A stretch of DNA of 64,000 nucleotides from Verrucomicrobiota bacterium. GTDB lineage: Bacteria > Verrucomicrobiota > Verrucomicrobiia > Limisphaerales > JADLHS01. The stretch is from assembly GCA_025350905.1 (NCBI GenBank), contig JANXWY010000207.1:7747-71746 (forward strand), read 5' to 3'. The translations under genes were made by a program, and so were the position numbers. The notes beneath the pieces were generated by a model. That model was not told the DNA's origin. It ran no database searches and worked only from the letters and a program-made list of their open reading frames with translations. Shown piece by piece: positions 9,984 to 19,332 of the stretch (position 1 is the stretch's first letter; each line of letters opens with the position of its first letter).

Positions 9984-12343
9984 TCGTGAAAAATATTCTG
10001 CTCGCTCTGCTCCTGACCGCGTTCGGTCTGGGCGCCTTGGCTCAAGTCACCCCGCCGGCCGGCGATAACACCACGACCAACCGCGAAGCCGCCCCGGACC
10101 AGGCGGTCGAGGATCCGCCCGCGGCGACAACCAACGTTCCCGCCGTGCCGGACCCGGCCACCGCCGCCGCCACCGCCGCGGTCCCGGTCGAAGCGCCCGC
10201 CGTTAACCCACCGCAAACCGCAACGAATCGCCTGCCAGTCCGGCGCCCCCGATTGGGCAACCCGCTGCCGAATCAGCCGCTACCCGGCGCCCCAGCGGCC
10301 GCCGCGGCCGTGGCCGCTCCGACTCCGGTCGCGACCGCGCCACTGACCCTGCCGCCGGACGCGGTCACGATTTCTTCAACCCCCGCGAACGCGATTTCCG
10401 ATCCGGACAAAATCCTACCGGCCGGCAGCATCAACTTTACGGCGGCGCCGCTGGAACAAGTGTTGGAAATCTACGCCGAATTTGTTGGCCGCAACCTGCT
10501 GCGCCCCGCCACGCTCCCCAAGGCGGATATCGTGTTGAAACAGACGACCCCGCTGACCAAACTGGAATTGGTCCACGCCCTCGAAGCGGCCCTCGCCCTC
10601 AACCAGATTTCAGTCGTCAACGTCGGCGATAAATTCGTGACCGTCGTGGCCACGGCGGAAGCCTTCAAAATTGCCGGCCGGATCAATACCAACAATGTGG
10701 CCGACCTCGCCGAGCTTGGCTCGATGGTGACGCGGGTGGTGCAATTGAAATACACCAAGCCGAGCGAGCTGGTGGTGGTCCTCACGCCCTTCGCCAGCGG
10801 CGCGGCGGGGACGCCCGTGCTGCCAATTGACGGCAGCGGCATCCTCGTCCTGCGCGACAATGTGGCCAATGTCAAACGCATGTTGGAGATGATTGAAAAG
10901 GTGGACGTGACCATGCCCTCAGAATTTCTCTCCGAGGTGATCCCGATCAAATATGCCAAGGCGGAAGAAATTGCCAGTGCGCTGAGCAGCGTAGGTGGGG
11001 GCACCGGCGGCACGGTTGGTAGCCGGCCCACTTCGACGGGCACCGGGGCGGCCGGCGGCGGCGCGAATCGGTTTGGGCAACCGGGCTACAATCAGAACCA
11101 ACAAGGCAATCTGGGCGGCATCGGTGGCAACAACCCCGTACCGTCTTCCGGGGCAACGTTCAACGACCGTTTGCAGAACATTATCCGCAAGGCGTCCTCC
11201 TCCGGTGACATCCAACTCTTGGGCTCCACCAAGATCATCGCCGACATCCGGTCCAACTCCCTGCTTGTGTTTGCCACGCGGCAGGATATGGCAACGATCC
11301 GGGATATCATCGAGAAACTCGACGTGGTGCTCGCACAGGTGTTGATCGAAACGCTCATCATGGATGTGACCGTCGGCGACGACTGGAACTTCGGCGTTTC
11401 GGCGGCGCAAGCGCCCAAGGAATTTAACAAGAATTTCGGGGGGGCCGGCGGGATGAACGCGAACCAGTTCTTCAATTTTGCCGGGAGCAGCGATACGAAC
11501 GCGCTCGGCCAGTTGGTCGGCAGCGGGATCAAATATTTCGGCAAAGTTAACGAGGACATTTACATTTCAGTAGCGGCGGCCGCTTCCAAGGGCCGGGTTA
11601 AAGTAATCCAACGGCCGCGCATTCAGACCTCGCATGCCACGCCGGCGCAATTGTTCATTGGCAGCACCGTGCCCTACATCACGAGTTCCTATTACGGCGG
11701 CGGGTTCGGCGGCGGCCCGAGCTCCTCCTACCAACAATTGAAAGTCGGCATCGGGCTGAACGTCACTCCGTTCATCAACAAGGAAGGCTTGGTGGTGATG
11801 AAGATTGACGAGACCATCGACGAGTTGGATGGTTCGACCCAGATTACCGGCGTGGGAGCGGTGCCGAACACCAAGAGTAGTACGCTCTCGGCGGAAATTG
11901 CCGTTCGGGATGGTGAATCCGTCATTTTGGGTGGCATCGTCCGTAACTCAGACGATCAGCAAAAATCCGGGGTGCCGTATCTCAAAGACATTCCCTTGCT
12001 GGGGTGGCTCTTTCGCTCCACGACGAGCAACAAAAAGCGGCAGGAATCCATCGTGCTCATGCGGCCGACCGTACTTCGCACCCCGGAACTGGCGGCCCAA
12101 CAGGTAATGATCGAGCGCAAGCACATGCCGGGCATCAGCGAGGCCGAATCGTCCATGCGCCTGGAACAGGAACAAGCCGAAGTGACCGAAGCCAAGCGCT
12201 TGAAAAAGGAACAAAAAACGGAGGCGCGCGCGGCCGAACAACTACGGAAAGAAGAGCAAGGATTGACTCCGGTTCATCCGAAAAATCAGTTCGATCCAGT
12301 ACCGCCCGCCACGCCCGAGCAGGAAAAACCTTCTGCGCCGTAA
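9980..12343 (+). CDS. Secretin (GspD/PilQ family) with low-complexity insertions
   Basis: 787 aa. Signal peptide, N-domains (INFTAAPLEQVLEIYAEFVGRNLL). Secretin core VIQRPRIQTSHATPAQLFIGSTVPY...GESVILGGIV...GVPYLKDIPLLGWLFRS...ESIVLMRPTVL. ATGA overlap with the upstream gene. Confidence 0.9.
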   Translation: MIVKNILLALLLTAFGLGALAQVTPPAGDNTTTNREAAPDQAVEDPPAATTNVPAVPDPATAAATAAVPVEAPAVNPPQTATNRLPVRRPRLGNPLPNQPLPGAPAAAAAVAAPTPVATAPLTLPPDAVTISSTPANAISDPDKILPAGSINFTAAPLEQVLEIYAEFVGRNLLRPATLPKADIVLKQTTPLTKLELVHALEAALALNQISVVNVGDKFVTVVATAEAFKIAGRINTNNVADLAELGSMVTRVVQLKYTKPSELVVVLTPFASGAAGTPVLPIDGSGILVLRDNVANVKRMLEMIEKVDVTMPSEFLSEVIPIKYAKAEEIASALSSVGGGTGGTVGSRPTSTGTGAAGGGANRFGQPGYNQNQQGNLGGIGGNNPVPSSGATFNDRLQNIIRKASSSGDIQLLGSTKIIADIRSNSLLVFATRQDMATIRDIIEKLDVVLAQVLIETLIMDVTVGDDWNFGVSAAQAPKEFNKNFGGAGGMNANQFFNFAGSSDTNALGQLVGSGIKYFGKVNEDIYISVAAAASKGRVKVIQRPRIQTSHATPAQLFIGSTVPYITSSYYGGGFGGGPSSSYQQLKVGIGLNVTPFINKEGLVVMKIDETIDELDGSTQITGVGAVPNTKSSTLSAEIAVRDGESVILGGIVRNSDDQQKSGVPYLKDIPLLGWLFRSTTSNKKRQESIVLMRPTVLRTPELAAQQVMIERKHMPGISEAESSMRLEQEQAEVTEAKRLKKEQKTEARAAEQLRKEEQGLTPVHPKNQFDPVPPATPEQEKPSAP

Positions 12344-12375
12344 TCGGGCGGACTGGAAACCAACCGCCAACGCCA

Positions 12376-13521
12376 ATGAAAAACTTAAGTGCCGTGCGTT
12401 TCGGTGATTTGCCCTTGCCTGCCGCGCTGGTGCGCGGCCTCGGGCGGCGTTCGCTTTTGCTCTGGCTTGGTCTGGCTGGGGTGAGTTCGGCGCAAACCAT
12501 CCTCACCCCTCCCCAAAGCCAGTCCGCCATCGCCGGTGGCAGCGTGTCCTTCAATGTCAGCGCGGCCCCCGCGGCGCCGAGCCGCTACCTCGGTGGCTTC
12601 AACTACGGGAGCATCTACGGCAGCAGCACGAATGTGTTTGATACCGGACAGACGGCGGGGACTTTGATTGTCAGCTTTATCTTTGGCCCCTTCAACGATC
12701 GCATGACGGTATATTACAGCAGCAGCCAGATCCACGACACGGGCTCTCTCGGTGGTCCCAATACGCGCACGTTCACCGCCAACTACGGCCCGGGCACCAA
12801 CACCGCCGTGACGGTGATCATGAACGAGGGCACCACGGGCACGGCTTCGACCTGGGAATATCAGATCTCCACGCTCGCACCGCTCTACTACCAGTGGCAG
12901 TTCAACAACACGAACATCTTGGGCGCGACGAACGCGACCTATACCCTCAACAATGTCACGACCAATCAGGCCGGCATCTATCGGGTACTGGTGACGGATA
13001 ATTCGGGCCCGGGCACCAATGCGGTGGCAACCTTGACCGTGTCCACGCCTCCGACCATCACCCAACCGCCGGTCGGATTTAGCGTGGTCGCGGGTGGCGC
13101 CGGTAGCTTTAACGTCACGGCCACGGGCACCTCACCGCTGGCATATCAGTGGCGGTTCTTCGGTACGAATCTCACCGGGGCGACCACGAACCGTTATTCG
13201 CTAACGAACATTCAAACCGCCAACGCCGGAGATTACACCGTGGTCGTCACCAATCCGTACGGCAGCAGCACCAGTACGGTGGCTACCTTGAAAGTGGTGA
13301 TGACACCCATCCTCACCGGGGTCAGCGGCAGTTCGACCAACTTCAGCTTCGCCTTCCAAACCGTGACGGGTTCGACCTATGTCACCGAAGCCAAGGTCAG
13401 CTTGAACCTTGCGAACTGGACGCCGATTGCGACCAACGCGGGCACGGGCAGCATGGTGTCGGAGAATTTTGCGGTGACCTCTGGCCTTTCCAACCGATTC
13501 TACCGGGTCCTTGTCCGTTAG
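12376..13521 (+). CDS. Secreted Ig-like (I-set type) repeat protein
   Basis: Internal ATG of ORF 12004..13521. Signal peptide ...LGLAGVSSAQT. Two Ig-like units with YQWQF/YQWRF...AGIYRVLV/AGDYTVVV motifs. C-terminal beta-rich domain ending RFYRVLVR. Confidence 0.75.
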   Translation: MKNLSAVRFGDLPLPAALVRGLGRRSLLLWLGLAGVSSAQTILTPPQSQSAIAGGSVSFNVSAAPAAPSRYLGGFNYGSIYGSSTNVFDTGQTAGTLIVSFIFGPFNDRMTVYYSSSQIHDTGSLGGPNTRTFTANYGPGTNTAVTVIMNEGTTGTASTWEYQISTLAPLYYQWQFNNTNILGATNATYTLNNVTTNQAGIYRVLVTDNSGPGTNAVATLTVSTPPTITQPPVGFSVVAGGAGSFNVTATGTSPLAYQWRFFGTNLTGATTNRYSLTNIQTANAGDYTVVVTNPYGSSTSTVATLKVVMTPILTGVSGSSTNFSFAFQTVTGSTYVTEAKVSLNLANWTPIATNAGTGSMVSENFAVTSGLSNRFYRVLVR

Positions 13522-13767
13522 CCGCTGCGGGTCGGTCGCAGCTAACCCGGTCGGAGCTCAAGAACGACCGCGGATGAATGGTAAGGCGACCCGGCTTGCG
13601 GTTAGCTGGGGTAGCGGTCAACCACGCCCAGCCTAGGAATCAGCAGTTAAAGTTGACCGTTGGGAATTGGGCTTTGACACTGTGCGTTGTCGTTGGCATG
13701 GTGCGGCGCGAATTTTGGAGGGGATTATCCGTATTCGGCGGCGACCCCTTCCCGCAAAAAACAAATT

Positions 13768-15039
13768 ATGAGCGAACTCACAGGCAATTTACTCGTGGCC
13801 CAATCTGGCGGCCCCACCGCGGTCATCAACGCCAGTCTCGCCGGTGTCATTCAAGAGGCCGGCCGGCACGAATGCATCGAGGAAATTTACGGCGGGCTGA
13901 ACGGCGTCCTTGGCATCCTGAACGAAGAGTTGATCGACATCAACGAGGAGCGATCCCGGACCATCGAAGGTTTGAAAACCACACCCGGGGCGGCGCTGGG
14001 CACTTGCCGCTACAAGATAGATTTCAAGAAGAAGCCGGCGGCCGCCGCGCGCGACATGGACCGGCTCTTCGAGGTTCTGGCCGCGCACAACATTCGTTAT
14101 TTCCACTACATCGGCGGCAACGATTCGCAGGACACGGCGCACAAGATTCACGAACAGGCGTTGGCGCGCGGTTACGAATTGCGCGTCAACGGCGTGCCCA
14201 AGACGATCGACAACGACCTGCCGCACACCGACCACTGCCCCGGCTACGGTTCGGTGATCAAATACGTCGGCGCCACGGTCATGGAAATCACCACCGACGT
14301 GAGCGCGATGGCCACCGACGACGGGGCCTGTTGCGTGATCGAGGTCATGGGCCGGAGTGCCGGCTGGATTGCCGCGGGCGCGGTGCTGGCCCAACGGCAA
14401 CCCGGCGACGCTCCCCACCTTATCCTCACGCCGGAAATTTTATTGGATGAAGCGGCGTTCCTCGAGAAAGTTCGCGCGGTGGTGGCGATCAACAAATACT
14501 GCGTCATCGTCGTGGGCGAAGGCGTGCGGAATGCCGCCGGCCAAGAACTCGGCGCCGATGCGTCCCGGCTCGATGCGTTTGGACACCCGGTGTTGTCCGG
14601 CGCCGCGGACCACCTGGCCGAGGTCATCACGGAGAAACTCAAGCTGAAGACCCGGACCGTGAAACTCGGCTATGCCCAACGCGCAGCCGCTCATTTTGCC
14701 AGCCTGACCGACGCCACCGAAGCCGCGGCGTGCGGCGTGGCCGCGGTGCGCGCGGCGGTGGAAGGGAAAACCGGTTTCATGGTCAAAATCGTCCGCGAGC
14801 AATCGTCGCCGTACCAATGGACGACCGGCCTGCAACCGCTCGGGGATATTGCCAATGTGGAGCGACTGATCCCCCGGGACTGGTTCACGGCGGATGGTTT
14901 TCTGCCCAACGAAAAATTCGTCGAATACGCCCGGCCCTTGATCGAAGGTGAAGTCAAAGTGACGATCGAAGGCGGCCTGCCGCGTTTTGTCGAACTGGTG
15001 AAATCGCGGGTCGAAAAGAAACTACCGCCGCGGGCCTGA
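13768..15039 (+). CDS. Phosphofructokinase, PPi-dependent type by residue signature
   Basis: MSELTGNLLVAQSGGPTAVINAS, IGGNDSQDTA, PKTIDNDL, MGRSAGWIA. Asp at the GGxD position and Lys in PKTIDND follow the PPi-PFK rule, in contrast to the GGDGS and GTIDND of ATP-PFK. Confidence 0.85.
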   Translation: MSELTGNLLVAQSGGPTAVINASLAGVIQEAGRHECIEEIYGGLNGVLGILNEELIDINEERSRTIEGLKTTPGAALGTCRYKIDFKKKPAAAARDMDRLFEVLAAHNIRYFHYIGGNDSQDTAHKIHEQALARGYELRVNGVPKTIDNDLPHTDHCPGYGSVIKYVGATVMEITTDVSAMATDDGACCVIEVMGRSAGWIAAGAVLAQRQPGDAPHLILTPEILLDEAAFLEKVRAVVAINKYCVIVVGEGVRNAAGQELGADASRLDAFGHPVLSGAADHLAEVITEKLKLKTRTVKLGYAQRAAAHFASLTDATEAAACGVAAVRAAVEGKTGFMVKIVREQSSPYQWTTGLQPLGDIANVERLIPRDWFTADGFLPNEKFVEYARPLIEGEVKVTIEGGLPRFVELVKSRVEKKLPPRA

Positions 15040-15083
15040 CTGGACGGCGGCCGGCCGGCCGCCACAAATTTTTCGCCCCGCGA

Positions 15084-18053
15084 TCACGGCGTCGCCGTCG
15101 AAATGAATTCCAGGAGATCGGCGACCGCCTGCGGCGTGAGGCCGGACTCCAATCCCTCCGGCATCAGGGATTGGCCCTGGCTCTGCAGCTTGGTGATGCT
15201 GGCGCGCGGGATCACGTCCTGCTTGCCGTAAGCCTGGCGCAATGTAATGCTCGTTGCGGTTTCATTCACCACCAGGCCGAGCAAGGTTTGATCATCTTTC
15301 GTTTCCACCAGGTAACTGGCGAACTCCGGCCGCACTTCGGCATTGGGGTCAATGAAGTTGGTTAGTAATTTTTCCTTGCCCGTGGTTTTGACGGTCACGA
15401 AATCCGGACCGAGCGCGAAGCCTTCGCCGCTGGAGCGGTGACAGGAAACACAACGCTCCGCGTAGATTTTTTTCCCCGCGGCCGCATTACCCGGGAGATT
15501 CAGGGCGGGCGCGAAGCCCTCGACAATCGTTTTCCGCGGGCTCGCCGGTTGGGCGGCGAGAACCTTGGCCGCCAGATCGCGCACGGCCGGGTCGCGATAC
15601 GTGGTCAGCAGTTTAATCTGCGTCGAGTCCAGCGCGCTGGCCCGGATCGTCCCCCGCTCAATGGCTTGCAACAAGGCCGTAGCGCGCGCCGGACGGGCGA
15701 TGAGCGTCGTCAGCGTGGCCGCCCGCAGGCGGGGAGTGAGCAGACTCCAGCGGCCTGTCAACTCGGCCCCGATCGGCGCCCCGGCAAAACGGTCGAGCGT
15801 GGCCAGGGCCGCCAATTGAATGGCCTGGGACTGCGGGTGGTCGAGTAACCCGAGCAACAATGGTCCGGACGCCGCGTAACTGGTGTACGCCAGGAGTTGA
15901 ATCGCGGTCACCCGCAGCGCCTCCGGCGCGGCCCCATTGCCGGCTTCGGTCTGGGCGTGGAGCAGCACCTGGTTCAGGCTGTCGCCCGCGGCGGCGAGGG
16001 ATTGGTTCGCCCGCTGTAAGCCGTCACCCAGCGAACGCGTCATCGCAAACATCAGGGCCGGGTCATCCACCTGGCCGATGTACTTCAGGGCGGCCGCCAC
16101 TTCCTCCCTCCGATTTTTCGCCCCGACAAATACGATCAATTGCCGGAGGAAGTCTTGTCCCGCTGGCGACTGACGGACACGGGCATCGCCCACCAGCGCG
16201 GTGAACAGCTCGCCCGCGCCGTCGGCCAGCGAAGAAAAAATGGCGGCCTGCGTCCACGGACTTTCCAAATCGCGCCGGGCAATGGCCCGCAGGCCCTCGA
16301 TTTTGCCAGGACGATTGAACTCGCCAAGGGTGAAGGCCACTTGATACCGGACGTGAATATCCGGATCGTCACACAACGTACACACCTTCGCCCAAAGCCC
16401 GGTGTCGCCCGCGGCGATAAACCCTTCCGCCAGCTTGACGGCGTGTTCGCGCACCGTGGCGTCCGCATCATTTAGCGCCGTCGACAGGTCCACCCCTTTC
16501 AGGCCGCCCAAACCGTCGAGCGCATGTAAGGCCTGCAGCCGACCGAGGGCCGAAGGCGATTGGCGGATCATGTTTTCGAGCTCGGGAATGGCGGCTCGGT
16601 CCTGTTGTTCGAACAGCCGGCGTGCGGCGGTGTCCCGATGCCAGCCGTTCTGGTTGGCGAGCGTGGCGACGAGCTCTTTGGTTTTGGCTTTGCCAAGCAG
16701 TGGCGGTTGGCGGCGGCGGAAGCCGTCGGGGGTAATGCGGTAAATGCGGCCGCGATCATTGCCCGCGTTCAGGTCGAGGAGCTTCTTGATGTTTTCCGGG
16801 AGGGACCACGGATGTTCGATCACCTCGCGATACATGTCGCAAATATAGAGACAGCCATCCGGGGCGTTCGCCATTTGCGTGGGCCGAAACCAGAGATCGG
16901 TGGAGGTGAGAAATTCAACTTTCTGTTCGTCCGTCGCCCGCTCCGCGATCAAACCCACCCCGTCCGGCCGGACTTGCTTCCGATGAATCAGGTTGCTGCC
17001 GACATCGGCAATGAAGGCGTCGCCGGCAAAATCCTGGGGAAACGCGTCCCCCCGATAGATCGTGATGCCCGTGGCCGAGGTAAAATAACCGGACGCCCGC
17101 CCGCCGCCTTCGATGAGGCCCTCAACCACTCCGGTCACGCGCCACTTGGTGCGGATGACCCGCCAGCCTTCCTCCGGACTGGTGCGATAAACTTCCGCTG
17201 CCGGCCCATCGACCGGGATGTCCACAATCGCCGGCGGCATATTGTAATACGGATTGCGTTCGGCATAATGGGTGTCATACATGAACGTCTGGATGTGGTG
17301 CGAGTTGCTGCACACAAACTTGCGCCCGTGGTTGTCGAAGCACATGCCGTATTGGCCGCCGCCGTTCTCCGGGCGAAGATCGAGCTGCCGGGGGTCGAAA
17401 CTGAAATCGCGGCCCCGCAGTTCCAGCGCTGCGGCGTCCGGAGCATTGAGACGCTTTAGCACCCCACCGTTGCCGGAAGTCTGGCCATGGATGCGGTTGT
17501 CCAGGCCCCACCGCAACCCGTTTACCAACGCCTGCACATTCAGCTTGTCGCCCTTGCCCGCGCCAAAGCCGGTGAACACGACCGTGCGCACATCCGCTTT
17601 GCCGTCCCCATCGGTGTCCTTGAAATAGATGATGTCCGGGGAAGCGGCGACGAAGATGCCGCCGTTGTAGCAGCACACACCGGTCGGCCACGGCAAATCC
17701 TCCGCGTAAACTGTCGCCTGATCGAACACCCCGTCGCCGTTGACGTCCGATACTAAACGGATGCGCCCCAAGTGCGGCTGCACGTCGCGCATTTCCGAAT
17801 AGTCGCGCATCTCGACGACAAACATCCGTCCATTTTCGTCGAAGCAGATTTCAATCGGGTCGAGCACCAGCGGCTCGGCGGCGGCCAACTCCAGGGTGAA
17901 GCCCCGCTTGATCTGAAACGTTTTGAAGACGTTCGACGTCTCGACCGGGGGCACTCGCGGCAGGTCGGCCAGCGTCAGTTCGGGCGGGGCCGCCGAAACG
18001 GCCAGCGTCAAAAGTGAAACGAGCGCGGCGGACAAAACGAAATCGAGTTTCAT
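15084..18053 (-). CDS. PVC-type membrane-bound-dehydrogenase-domain / HEAT-repeat / c-type cytochrome protein
   Basis: 989 aa. Signal peptide, beta-propeller-like N-region (DVNGDGVFD, DTDGDGKAD), a HEAT-like middle region and a C-terminal CVSCH heme-binding site. Confidence 0.85.
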   Translation of the reverse strand: MKLDFVLSAALVSLLTLAVSAAPPELTLADLPRVPPVETSNVFKTFQIKRGFTLELAAAEPLVLDPIEICFDENGRMFVVEMRDYSEMRDVQPHLGRIRLVSDVNGDGVFDQATVYAEDLPWPTGVCCYNGGIFVAASPDIIYFKDTDGDGKADVRTVVFTGFGAGKGDKLNVQALVNGLRWGLDNRIHGQTSGNGGVLKRLNAPDAAALELRGRDFSFDPRQLDLRPENGGGQYGMCFDNHGRKFVCSNSHHIQTFMYDTHYAERNPYYNMPPAIVDIPVDGPAAEVYRTSPEEGWRVIRTKWRVTGVVEGLIEGGGRASGYFTSATGITIYRGDAFPQDFAGDAFIADVGSNLIHRKQVRPDGVGLIAERATDEQKVEFLTSTDLWFRPTQMANAPDGCLYICDMYREVIEHPWSLPENIKKLLDLNAGNDRGRIYRITPDGFRRRQPPLLGKAKTKELVATLANQNGWHRDTAARRLFEQQDRAAIPELENMIRQSPSALGRLQALHALDGLGGLKGVDLSTALNDADATVREHAVKLAEGFIAAGDTGLWAKVCTLCDDPDIHVRYQVAFTLGEFNRPGKIEGLRAIARRDLESPWTQAAIFSSLADGAGELFTALVGDARVRQSPAGQDFLRQLIVFVGAKNRREEVAAALKYIGQVDDPALMFAMTRSLGDGLQRANQSLAAAGDSLNQVLLHAQTEAGNGAAPEALRVTAIQLLAYTSYAASGPLLLGLLDHPQSQAIQLAALATLDRFAGAPIGAELTGRWSLLTPRLRAATLTTLIARPARATALLQAIERGTIRASALDSTQIKLLTTYRDPAVRDLAAKVLAAQPASPRKTIVEGFAPALNLPGNAAAGKKIYAERCVSCHRSSGEGFALGPDFVTVKTTGKEKLLTNFIDPNAEVRPEFASYLVETKDDQTLLGLVVNETATSITLRQAYGKQDVIPRASITKLQSQGQSLMPEGLESGLTPQAVADLLEFISTATP

Positions 18054-18174
18054 ATGTTATGCGGAACGTATTCAGACAGCCCGCCATCCAAGCGCAAGTG
18101 TTTTCTCCGTTGAACGCCAAACCTGCCTCCCACAGAATTCGGCCATGGCCCCAGCAACGCCGGATCGGACCACC

Positions 18175-19125
18175 ATGGGAAAAAAGTTTTCCCGCCGGGA
18201 ATTTATTACCACCACCGGTCTCGTCCTCGCCGGGACCGCGTTGACCGGTTGCGCCACCACGTCCTCCGCACGGCCCGATCCCATCATCGACATTCACCAA
18301 CACGTCAATTACTCGAACCGGCCGGACGCGGTGCTGCTCCGACACCAGCGCGCGATGGGCGTGACGACGACGATTCTGCTGCCGGCCGGCCGGCCTGTGA
18401 AAACTGCCGCCACGCATGACGGCGCTTCAAATGGGTTGGAAGCCGCGGCCTTTGGCAACCGGGCGTGCTACGAGTTTGCCCAGGCACATCCGCAAGCATT
18501 TCTTTTCGCCGCCAACGAAGTGCCGGACGTCGAAGGGGCGACGGCGGAAATCGAAACCTATTTAAAGCTGGGGGCGGTCATGATCGCGGAGCAAAAGTTC
18601 GGCGTGGCGTGTGATTCGCCCGCCATGCAGAGCCTCTACGCGCTCGCTCAGACGCATCACGTGCCGGTGCTGATGCACTGGCAATTTCAGCGCTACAACT
18701 ATGGCTTCGAGCGGTTCTACCGGATGCTCGAAAAATATCCGCGGGTGAACTTCATCGGGCACGCACAAACTTGGTGGGCCAATGTGGATCGGGACCACCG
18801 GGACCAGGCGGTGTTGTACCCGCCAGGGCCGATCCTGCCGGGCGGACTGACCGAGCGTTACCTCGCCGAGTACCCGAACATGTTTGGCGATCTGTCCGCC
18901 GGCTCCGGCTTGAATGCGCTGACGCGCGACACAACCTTCACGCCGGGATTTCTTCAGCGCCACCAGGACAAACTGATGTATGGCAGCGACTGTAACGATC
19001 ATGCGGGCGAAGGTCCGAAATGTCAGGGCGCACAAACCATCGCCGCCATCCGCCGTTTCGCCCCGGACCGAAAAATTGAGCGGAAGCTTTTGTACGAAAA
19101 CGCGAAAAAGCTGTTTCGCCGATGA
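18175..19125 (+). CDS. Tat-exported amidohydrolase-family metal hydrolase
   Basis: MGKKFSRREFITTTGLVLAG twin-arginine signal. IIDIHQHV HxH metal motif. An alternative start at 18145 is possible. Confidence 0.8.
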   Translation: MGKKFSRREFITTTGLVLAGTALTGCATTSSARPDPIIDIHQHVNYSNRPDAVLLRHQRAMGVTTTILLPAGRPVKTAATHDGASNGLEAAAFGNRACYEFAQAHPQAFLFAANEVPDVEGATAEIETYLKLGAVMIAEQKFGVACDSPAMQSLYALAQTHHVPVLMHWQFQRYNYGFERFYRMLEKYPRVNFIGHAQTWWANVDRDHRDQAVLYPPGPILPGGLTERYLAEYPNMFGDLSAGSGLNALTRDTTFTPGFLQRHQDKLMYGSDCNDHAGEGPKCQGAQTIAAIRRFAPDRKIERKLLYENAKKLFRR

Positions 19126-19332
19126 ATCGATTCGGGCGTCGTCACCCCGCTCCGGCGCCACTAGGCCCAGGCGAGCAAGTCGGAAATGGAACCGGTCAAA
19201 GTGGTCGTCAGCATTCGCCCGAACGCCCCGACAAACTTGTGACTTTTCGTCCCGGACTCCTTGCCTGTTGGCCTGCTCCCCATTCGTGGGCGAGGCGGGT
19301 GTCAGCGCTGGGCGGCGCCATCGGAGGGGGGC

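Noticed and set aside
9840-10330. Periodic-looking GC-rich repeats, checked as a possible CRISPR or tandem-repeat array
   Set aside because: They are in-frame low-complexity Ala/Pro/Thr coding sequence in the tail of the PilO-like protein and the N-terminus of the secretin. There is no repeat-spacer organisation. No CRISPR array was seen anywhere in the window.
12004-12375. 5' extension of the Ig-protein ORF overlapping the secretin 3' end
   Set aside because: The extension is out-of-frame overlap with the secretin tail. The internal ATG at 12376 is followed by a proper signal peptide.
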